Under the pieces are notes generated by a model. That model was not told the origin of the DNA, ran no database searches, and was given only the letters and a program-made list of their open reading frames with translations. A program made the translations under genes and the position numbers. From a virus: DNA of 64,000 bases. Shown piece by piece: positions 56,964 through 64,000 of this stretch. How positions within the stretch are numbered: the first letter of the stretch is position 1; every line of letters begins with the position of its first letter. Where the stretch lies: positions 1-64,000 of the IMG/VR virus record IMGVR_UViG_3300048583_000100, one strand, 5' to 3'.

Positions 56964-57203
56964 TCAACGTAGAACGTATACTTGGCGGTGTGCATAGGTG
57001 GTGATCGCCATCTGCTTGTTGTGGGCACGAGCGTAGCCAGGCATTGCCTTCTCGACCTTCTTGAAGTACTTGCGGTCGAAAACGTAACGCTGACCGTGGA
57101 AGGTATTGAACACGAACTCAGCGATGAAGGGAACGCCGAGTTCCTTCAGAACGGCCGGGACGTCGTAGCGCTTGGGAAGAGAGAAGCCGAATTCGTTCAT
57201 CAT
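56964..57203 (-). CDS. hypothetical protein
   Basis: ATG just after the GIY-YIG stop. Confidence 0.5.
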   Translation of the reverse strand: MMNEFGFSLPKRYDVPAVLKELGVPFIAEFVFNTFHGQRYVFDRKYFKKVEKAMPGYARAHNKQMAITTYAHRQVYVLR

Positions 57204-57210
57204 GAGATAT

Positions 57211-57543
57211 TTACACCGAGTTGAGGGTGAACTGACCAGACTTGCGGAGAGCCGTTTCGGCGGCGTGGGCATCAGCCTTACCACGAACGAACTGCAGAAT
57301 TTCTGGAACGAAGGCATCGGGACCGTGCTTGCGAATGGACTTGCAGAGGTTCCACTGCTTACCCTGGTTCTTGGCTCGACCGACGTGGCGGCTGAAGCGA
57401 GCTGCGAGGGTTTCCTTTCCGCTGCGATCCACACAGACCGCGATGCCGACATACTGCTCGTCGGTCTTGATGTTCGTGATCACGTACACGATGTGCTTGC
57501 GGTCTGAACGACGCTTGCGCTTGGTAAGTTTGTTCTTGATCAT
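57211..57543 (-). CDS. minimal GIY-YIG nuclease-domain protein, first gene after repeat array 3
   Basis: HIVYVITN..YVGI..RFSRH..AETAL..LN. Confidence 0.7.
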   Translation of the reverse strand: MIKNKLTKRKRRSDRKHIVYVITNIKTDEQYVGIAVCVDRSGKETLAARFSRHVGRAKNQGKQWNLCKSIRKHGPDAFVPEILQFVRGKADAHAAETALRKSGQFTLNSV

Positions 57544-57549
57544 GTGACT

Positions 57550-57578
57550 ATTCTATCACAACCTGAGCAAATGTACAC
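57550..57578 (-). promoter_or_regulatory. variant early promoter GTGTAC-N17-TAGAAT, leaderless geometry
   Basis: -10 box 6 nt before ATG 57543. Confidence 0.75.
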
Positions 57579-57598
57579 AGTCCCGTGAAAATAGTTTT

Positions 57599-57730
57599 GC
57601 TATACGGATCAATCACTTAGGGATCATCAAACCGAAAGCCTTTAGAAATCAATCACTTAGATAGCGAAAATAGTTTTCGTATACGGATCAATCACTTAGG
57701 GACTTATCTATACGGATCAATCACTTAGGG
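57599..57730. repeat. array 3: four copies of the ATCAATCACTTAG core
   Basis: Cores end at 57620, 57660, 57699, 57728. Confidence 0.95.
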
Positions 57731-57745
57731 CAGTGCTATTCCTTA

Positions 57746-58768
57746 TTATAGCAGCTTGGCGATCTCGGCTGACTTAGCTCGTAGCATGTCCTGGGTCTCG
57801 GCTGCTTTCTGCTTGGCTCGGTCGGTCTGGGCCTTGTCAAATTTGCTGCTCTTGGCCAAGTCCTCATTCTTCTTGATGTACGTTTCGCGGACCTTGGAAA
57901 GGAAATCCTCTTGCGAAGAGATGTGCTTGAGCAGTCCCTTACTGTACATGTCGTTGAGTGCGAAGGATTCTCCAAGACCCTTGATTGCTGATGCGAGATC
58001 GGCAATCTTGATTTCGGATTTCGTAATACCCGGGTGCGCTGCTAGACCCTTGCTGATCTTGACCTTACCTTCTCCATCTCTTTCGTGGAAAGCTTTCAGG
58101 ATATCAGTTGCGAAGGTGTCGATGCTTGTAGACAGGGTGCGAAGTTTGTCGGCCTTTAAGGTGCGGAAGCTCACCACTTCACCGCCCTTCTCTTTCATCT
58201 GTACACCCGAGTCGCCAATGCTGAGATTGAGAACTTCTGCGAGTGATGAGTAAAGGAAGCCGATGAGTGCACCCTTGACACCGTGTTCAGGAGTCATGCG
58301 ATGCGAAGTCCAATCTTCGAGGTCAGTGAATGACTTGACGAGATCGATCTGAACAGCCTGATCACCGACCTGGAATACAAGAGCCGCACCCTTGAAGGAT
58401 GTGCCAGCAGCCAGATATGAAAGATCGTTGTCGTCTATGTACTCGTCAAGCTCTTCACGATAGAGACGCCAGTTGTCTGAGCCTTTCATTCCCTCAATAC
58501 GAGGAACGATGAACATCACATCGATGTCACCGTACTCTTTGTCTGGGTTAGACTTGAGATCGCGTTCGATGTATGCAGAGGAACCGACTGGCTTACCAAA
58601 TGCGACAGGCGCAAGGTTCTTCTTTGCAAGATGAGCATTGAAGTCCTTCTCGAATCTAGGAAGCAGTGCGAGTGCCTTCTTAGCAAGAGCCGGAGTCAGA
58701 ATAACGTCTTGCGTAAGGGTGCTAGACCAGCCACCCTCAGCTAGGAACTCTTTGAATGATCGCTTCAC
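57746..58768 (-). CDS. Pol-beta-superfamily nucleotidyltransferase with capsid-targeting-like N-terminus
   Basis: MKRSFKEFLAE-G; VGSS..YGDIDV..QIDL. Confidence 0.7.
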   Translation of the reverse strand: MKRSFKEFLAEGGWSSTLTQDVILTPALAKKALALLPRFEKDFNAHLAKKNLAPVAFGKPVGSSAYIERDLKSNPDKEYGDIDVMFIVPRIEGMKGSDNWRLYREELDEYIDDNDLSYLAAGTSFKGAALVFQVGDQAVQIDLVKSFTDLEDWTSHRMTPEHGVKGALIGFLYSSLAEVLNLSIGDSGVQMKEKGGEVVSFRTLKADKLRTLSTSIDTFATDILKAFHERDGEGKVKISKGLAAHPGITKSEIKIADLASAIKGLGESFALNDMYSKGLLKHISSQEDFLSKVRETYIKKNEDLAKSSKFDKAQTDRAKQKAAETQDMLRAKSAEIAKLL

Positions 58769-59583
58769 GTTACATACCTAAAATTCGGAGAGCGAGAACC
58801 ATTCCTGCCCGTACCTAAACTATTTACGAGGTGCTTTACCGATTCGAAGATAGTGACACCGTCTACAGTGCAAGCCCTTTTGTTCTTTGACATATCCTTT
58901 GACTTGCGCATGTTCTGCTTTGCTTCTTCAGAATGCTTCTTACCAAGTCGGACCTGTCGAATTGATTCTTTGTGAGCCGTAGAAAATGTCGGTAAGACTT
59001 TCGACTTTCCTTTTGTGGCTTTTGAAATATTGTGACGTGTTTCGGGAGTTCTGGTTTGTCCAGTGCCACCCTCAGAAATCTTCTTCTTGTGTTCTTCAGT
59101 TAGCACTTTACCCGTCAGCGCATTTCGAATTTTTTCACGAGCTTCAGGGGTATGCGTAGTCCAGGTTTTTGCTCTAGAAGCGGCTATCTTGTCGTACCAC
59201 TCTTTTGTGCGAACATATTTCTTGGACGCTGCTGAAAGCTTTGCACTTGTTTCTGCTTTTGTCGGTGGGCGATCATAGTAGCCTTCTCCACCGGGCCCAC
59301 AATTCATGCAAGCGGGATCTTTTCTAAGCTCAACAGTAATGAGCTCTTTTTCTTTATCTGATGCTTCTTGTCGAGAAGAAAATTCGAATAGCACCTGAGA
59401 TACATGCCTGTCTTTACCGTATTTTCTGATGGACTTTCTCAGTCGCATACCGCTGCCCAAATAACCATCATTCAAGTTATCAGTGCTGTGCATCCCGATA
59501 TAAAAGGCACCTGTTTCAATGCAAACTGTCTTATAGACAATATGGTGCTTTCTATTTGACGCTCTAACGTACTTCTTTTCCAT
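58765..59583 (-). mobile_element. Seg-like GIY-YIG homing endonuclease with NUMOD3-like repeats
   Basis: IVYKTV..FYIGMHST..YLGSG; HTPEAREKI, LTEEHKKKIS, HSEEAKQNM repeats; AT-richer than neighbours; TATAAATA 59610-59617. Confidence 0.85.
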
Positions 59584-59635
59584 TTGATACTCTCAAGGCT
59601 AGCTGAGAATATTTATAGAAATCGGCAAAATCAGG

Positions 59636-61123
59636 TCATGCATACAACTCCACGAGTTTTTCCCAATTTGGAGCTCCTGATGCAGCAAGGTTAAGAGCAC
59701 GTACGAGCTTACGAAGGGATACGTCACCCTTACGCTTAGAGGTCTTGACGACCTTCAGAACATTCTCACGCTCATCCTTCGAAAGGGTCATGTCGCCTTC
59801 GAGACGGATGTCATGCAGGATTCTTTCCATGTGCTCGAACATTTCGTCGTCGGTTGGATCGACGTTGATGACGAATGCACGGGTACGAAGAGCTCCGTCT
59901 GGGTCAAGCTTCGAAAGCGGAAGGTTCGAGATGAAGATGATGCGACCCTTAAAGTCGAAGTACTTAGGAGCCATGGTGGCATCGTCTTCGTACTGCTCTG
60001 GGTCTTCACTCTCTGGGTCGAAGATGAACGAGGAGCGCTTGTTCCAAACCATTTTACGGCTCTTCTTAGTGTCGGTGGCAGCCTTGATGAGGTTGCGAGC
60101 GTCGACGTCAGCAAGAGCTCCGTCCGAGTCATCGAACAGAATGATGTCGTTGCGGTGGTGATAGAGCAGCGTGTAGACACCTGCAGCAGAAGCCGAACCG
60201 GTGTTCTTGAAGTAGCCATCGCCGTCAGTAAGACCATTAGCCTCGAGCACACGCTCAACAGTCTGAGTCTTACCAGTACCACCCTTACCAGCTACGAAGA
60301 GAGCGTTAAACGATCCCTTGATGACAGCTTGGACAAGACCCGCAAGGTGATCTAGGGTCTCGAGATATGGAGTGCGCTCGGCACCAGCCTTATCCTTACC
60401 TTCGATCTCCTCTTCCTGAGAAGACTTGAAGTAGGTTTCCTTTGTGCCACCAGCAGTCACCTCGACAACGCCAGCCTTAGAAAGGATAGAGTCCTTGAGT
60501 GACTCGATCTTTGCATCAGGGTCCAGCGTGACTCGCTTACCGTTGATGCCGAACTGTTCCTTGAACTTGTCGTAGATGGTATCGAAGACACCGGCATGGA
60601 CGATGTGGTAACGACCGATGAAGTCAGAACGAGTCATCGACTTGCCGCTCTTCAGCTGGCCGAGGAAGTCAACGAGTGCAGTTTCAGCTGTAAAGTCGTC
60701 GCGCTTTGCTTCAGTGACGATCGACTCATTCATGGCCTCTGTAGCAGAGACTGGGAATGCGAACTCCTTACCAACAGATGGGTTCTCAAGCTTCGAAACT
60801 ACGAGTGGTAGAATCTGTACGAGGGAGACGCCCTTAGAACGAATGGAGTAGTTTGGATCGTGCGACTTACCGGTGAAAATGTCGATCGATGCAAGCGAAC
60901 CTGGTTTTCCGACTGCACCTTCGCTCGCCCAATTGAATCGAACGCAGCGAGTTGAACCCGACTGAACGTAGCGAACACCGTAGCCGCTACCTTCAGAGTT
61001 CTTGAAGTGTTCGATGCCTGGGATTCGGATGAACTTGACACCCAACTTCTTCTCAATGTACGAGATCATGGTTGGAAGAGCTAGACCGGTGGCCTTAGCT
61101 TCGTGCAGCTGACTTAGTTTCAT
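59636..61123 (-). CDS. AAA+-like ATPase with N-terminal extension, paralog of 53610-54584, putatively packaged
   Basis: MKLSQLHE-A; GKGGTGKT, ILFDDSD, IIFISN, ALRTR, VSLR; late motif 61159-61165. Confidence 0.82.
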   Translation of the reverse strand: MKLSQLHEAKATGLALPTMISYIEKKLGVKFIRIPGIEHFKNSEGSGYGVRYVQSGSTRCVRFNWASEGAVGKPGSLASIDIFTGKSHDPNYSIRSKGVSLVQILPLVVSKLENPSVGKEFAFPVSATEAMNESIVTEAKRDDFTAETALVDFLGQLKSGKSMTRSDFIGRYHIVHAGVFDTIYDKFKEQFGINGKRVTLDPDAKIESLKDSILSKAGVVEVTAGGTKETYFKSSQEEEIEGKDKAGAERTPYLETLDHLAGLVQAVIKGSFNALFVAGKGGTGKTQTVERVLEANGLTDGDGYFKNTGSASAAGVYTLLYHHRNDIILFDDSDGALADVDARNLIKAATDTKKSRKMVWNKRSSFIFDPESEDPEQYEDDATMAPKYFDFKGRIIFISNLPLSKLDPDGALRTRAFVINVDPTDDEMFEHMERILHDIRLEGDMTLSKDERENVLKVVKTSKRKGDVSLRKLVRALNLAASGAPNWEKLVELYA

Positions 61124-61179
61124 TTGGGAGCCTAGTTAAAGTGGTGAATACTCGAGTCTATTTATCGTTCCACCAACAG

Positions 61180-61203
61180 AAAAGGGAGCCGAAGCTCCCT
61201 TTT
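61180..61203. terminator. intrinsic terminator with cUUCGg loop, potentially bidirectional
   Basis: AAAAGGGAGC-CGAA-GCTCCCTTTT. Confidence 0.85.
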
Positions 61204-61223
61204 CTTTCTTGCTGCTTCCTGGC

Positions 61224-61523
61224 TTAAGCAGCGCGACGCTTCTCAAAGAGCTCTGCGACGGCGTTCAGGCCTTCACGGTACGTCTGGTTAGGGGTTTCAC
61301 CCTCAACGCGACGAGCAACGAATTCGTTGCTGAGCACTGCACCCGTAGCAGTCACTGCGTAGGTAGGAGTGATGGTCTTGCGACCTGCGCGAATCTTGCC
61401 TGCGAAGGCGAGGGTGCCGTTCGAAAGCTGACGATCAGTCGAAACCATCTTGAGGCCCGAGTTGATGAGGTTCTGGAACTGCTTGCTGCGCTGAACTGCT
61501 GCGAGGGTCTTGGCGATTGACAT
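61224..61523 (-). CDS. small basic hypothetical protein
   Basis: SD GGAG; followed by terminator. Confidence 0.6.
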   Translation of the reverse strand: MSIAKTLAAVQRSKQFQNLINSGLKMVSTDRQLSNGTLAFAGKIRAGRKTITPTYAVTATGAVLSNEFVARRVEGETPNQTYREGLNAVAELFEKRRAA

Positions 61524-61599
61524 TGGTGATTCTCCTATGGTCTTATACATCAAAATTCAGGAAGACGGTGCTTCCCGTCTGAGACATCGTTGCCTCAAA

Positions 61600-62100
61600 T
61601 TAGTTTTCGCTTTCCTTGAAGGTCAGCTGTGGACAAATCTTTTCATGCTTGGCCTTGAACCATTCTGTGATGATGTTCGGTTCTTTCTTTGGCTTCTCGC
61701 CGTACCGATACATGTCCCATGCTTCTATGCCATGTTCGGCAATGTACTTGTCCCTGAATCGCTGCTGTAGCTTTTCTTTAGCGGCAAAGTAACCCGCGCA
61801 CACAGCAAGGATAGCCACCGCTGCGGTAACACTAGTTGGGATGATGACCCAAAGAGCAAGACCAGGCATACCCGCTTGTCCAATATGGAACATCGCATCA
61901 AACCCAAGTGTCCACCAAATCGCAGCGGCCAAGATAAGACCTGTGGTGTAAAAGGCTAGTGCCATAAACAGCGCTACAAATTTGAATAGTCCCCAGATAA
62001 TCTGGCGAACGTAGGGGCAGAGATTCGTGCTGACATCATGTCGGTTAATGCCGAATTTAGCAAATCGATAGTGCCACGACTTGGTCGATAGCGTAATCAT
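61600..62100 (-). CDS. membrane protein
   Basis: Two TM segments; SWHYR..NLCPY..KAKHEKICP. Confidence 0.65.
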   Translation of the reverse strand: MITLSTKSWHYRFAKFGINRHDVSTNLCPYVRQIIWGLFKFVALFMALAFYTTGLILAAAIWWTLGFDAMFHIGQAGMPGLALWVIIPTSVTAAVAILAVCAGYFAAKEKLQQRFRDKYIAEHGIEAWDMYRYGEKPKKEPNIITEWFKAKHEKICPQLTFKESEN

Positions 62101-62561
62101 CAGAGCTTCCTAAGTAGCCCAATGTTGTCAAGGTGAGATGGTGCTGTCCAGCCTTCCGGCTTGATGAGGTCTGGGAGACCGAGTGGGTTAGGACGCGAAG
62201 CCTTGATACCCGGTTCCTTCTGCATGTTGGCATCCAGTACGCGAGTCCAAGCCTTGTGGGCGTCTACCTTGAATGCATCGAGAGTACCGATGGCAACAAC
62301 ACAGAGGTCAATCATTGCATCGACGATTTCGTCTGCGTATTCGATCTTGGCATTTTCCTGGAGAGCACCTTCATCAGCCTCGAGCGCTTCGAAAGCAGAG
62401 CGAGCTTCGTTCAGTTCTTCCTGAAGGAAGTCGAGACGGAATTTTAGGAAGGTGAGCAACTTGTCGCGCGGTAGGGTTTCGATTACTTCGCGCACCTTGA
62501 ACTTGGTGTGCATGGTGTGGATGTCGTTGTCCCAATGGGACTTGTTCACTTCAAGATTCAT
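62100..62561 (-). CDS. MazG-like/PRA-PH nucleotide pyrophosphohydrolase
   Basis: FLQEELNE, EIVDAMID, VLDANMQK, KPEGWTAP. Confidence 0.85.
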   Translation of the reverse strand: MNLEVNKSHWDNDIHTMHTKFKVREVIETLPRDKLLTFLKFRLDFLQEELNEARSAFEALEADEGALQENAKIEYADEIVDAMIDLCVVAIGTLDAFKVDAHKAWTRVLDANMQKEPGIKASRPNPLGLPDLIKPEGWTAPSHLDNIGLLRKL

Positions 62562-62613
62562 TATGGTCTCTGATTGGTTGATGTTGCTACGGTAGTATTT
62601 ACGCTTGGAAGAA

Positions 62614-63267
62614 TCACGAATGGTTCAGTTGTGAATCACGGGCTAGCTTGCCAACTGCTTCCATGATCAGGAAGACGTTGCGTTCGGGATGATCAGTACC
62701 GTCGAGCACCAGGTTCCAATTGTGAAGAGTCTTCCAATCGCGTTCGGTGGTCAGCATTGTGATCAGGCGTGTCACGTGGGTGTTCATGGCCTTGAGCAAG
62801 TCTTCTTCATTCAGAGGCCCAACTCGGTCGCAAATAACCATGACATCGTCCGTCAGCCTCTTACGCATCCTCTGAATGCGAAGCTCTTCAGGCGCATCGA
62901 CGTAACAGTTCAGATGCAGCGCACCAACTTCAAGAGCAGGTGCTACGTAGTGATTGATGCCGCTTGGTTCGACGATCAAGAATGCAACGCCTTTTGCGAG
63001 CTTACCATGGAACTCTTCTTTGGAAACGCCGTAGCGATAACCATTGTAGGTCATGAGCTCAGCGAATCCATCGCGAGCTTCGATTGCGCGAGACTCTTCT
63101 TCTGTGATGAAGAAGTAATCGACACCTTCTACTTCGCCTTTACGGGCTGGGCGAGTCGTAGTTGAGATGAGGCAAGGTAGACGCTCAATATCTCTGATGT
63201 GGTTCAGTAGATAGCTCTTTCCCGAATTGGACGGAGCTGTAAGTGTTACGAGGATTGGCTTAGCCAT
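62614..63267 (-). CDS. gmk: guanylate kinase-like protein
   Basis: APSNSGKS, STTTRPARKGEVEGVDYFF, YNGYRYG. Confidence 0.85.
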   Translation of the reverse strand: MAKPILVTLTAPSNSGKSYLLNHIRDIERLPCLISTTTRPARKGEVEGVDYFFITEEESRAIEARDGFAELMTYNGYRYGVSKEEFHGKLAKGVAFLIVEPSGINHYVAPALEVGALHLNCYVDAPEELRIQRMRKRLTDDVMVICDRVGPLNEEDLLKAMNTHVTRLITMLTTERDWKTLHNWNLVLDGTDHPERNVFLIMEAVGKLARDSQLNHS

Positions 63268-64000
63268 TTCTGCTTTAGCTCCATTTGAATGTGAGCAACT
63301 TCCTCGGGAGTGTTGAAGGAGAGAGTTGGGTAATCGGTCTGATACACCGTCACAGGCTGATCAGTGTTGTAGAGATGATGGAACACGTAGAGCATTGAGA
63401 GCTCTCCGCCTTGCGTGATGTAGCGACCATTCTTCCAGAACGCATTGTGAAGATCATAAAGAGCTTCATGCAGTATGGACTTCTTGAATCGGAATACTGA
63501 CTGATCATGCAGGCCGCTAGAATGATTCTCACCATACTTTGAAAAATCGGCAGACATACATTCCATATCTTCGTCAACCAAAAGAGTCACATACGGGTTC
63601 GGTTTAAGAACTGCCGGCACTACACCCGAATGCCAATACATGGGATGCGACAGCAGTTCATCGATGATTTCGGGATTAGAGAAGAACACATCACCCCAAG
63701 CAATCACGATGTCATCGCTGACTTCGATTTTCTGAGCGTGGGCATCAACAAGTCCCCAAAGAACCGCATGACCATCGCCGAGCCCAGAAGAGATTGGCAC
63801 GTTATGAACGTTGTTCAGAAGCTCTGGATACTTCGCCTTGGTCTCTGCGAAGTATGCTGACCACTGGTCCTGAATGTCTTTGTTAGTGACGATGACAACC
63901 TTGTCGAATTTGGAACCAAGCTGTTGAAGAGTCGTAGTAAGGCAGGGCTCGTCCGTGATTGGTACGAGCGCCTTAGGAACGTTGACCTTCATTCGCGACC
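63246..64000 (-). CDS. sugar-phosphate nucleotidyltransferase (5' end outside window)
   Basis: RMKVNVPKALVP, GLGDGHAV, IAWGD, SFNTPEE. Confidence 0.8.
   Translation of the reverse strand, partial: SRMKVNVPKALVPITDEPCLTTTLQQLGSKFDKVVIVTNKDIQDQWSAYFAETKAKYPELLNNVHNVPISSGLGDGHAVLWGLVDAHAQKIEVSDDIVIAWGDVFFSNPEIIDELLSHPMYWHSGVVPAVLKPNPYVTLLVDEDMECMSADFSKYGENHSSGLHDQSVFRFKKSILHEALYDLHNAFWKNGRYITQGGELSMLYVFHHLYNTDQPVTVYQTDYPTLSFNTPEEVAHIQMELKQKWLSQSS

Noticed and set aside
51184-57730. Repeat arrays as CRISPR mini-arrays
   Set aside because: Spacers are short (about 9-26 nt), irregular and repeated within and between arrays; no cas genes in the window.
1-64000. Stop-codon reassignment
   Set aside because: Standard code gives dense full-length genes ending in TAA, TGA and TAG.

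Overview
64 kb of a large, distantly T4-like dsDNA phage (probably a jumbo phage), densely coded and mostly on the - strand. Replication and nucleotide genes: family B DNA polymerase, DsbA-like protein, both type II topoisomerase subunits, ThyA, guanylate kinase and a MazG-like pyrophosphatase. Other recognisable genes: PhoH, ClpP, DnaJ, two RNA ligases with RNA end-healing partners, an ADP-ribosyltransferase/macrodomain/NADAR set, a glycosyltransferase-methyltransferase-radical SAM cluster beside a tail-fibre-like gene, sugar-nucleotide enzymes and a GIY-YIG homing endonuclease. Two promoter classes recur: early-type GTTTAC/GTGTAC-N17-18-TANAAT and T4 late-type TAAATA. Four signals stand out. 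(1) Three intergenic arrays, each with four copies of an invariant ATCAATCACTTAG core at mostly ~39-bp period; the core fits the IHF consensus and each array sits directly upstream of a variant early promoter. (2) About eight late genes whose products start with a T4 capsid-targeting-like peptide but carry enzyme domains, a putative injected arsenal; one is an ATPase whose paralog lies behind an array promoter. (3) A late-promoter glycan pathway, possibly for virion glycosylation. (4) Apparently leaderless early mRNAs. All calls come from motif recognition by eye; no database searches were run. No tRNA, rRNA or true CRISPR array was recognised.
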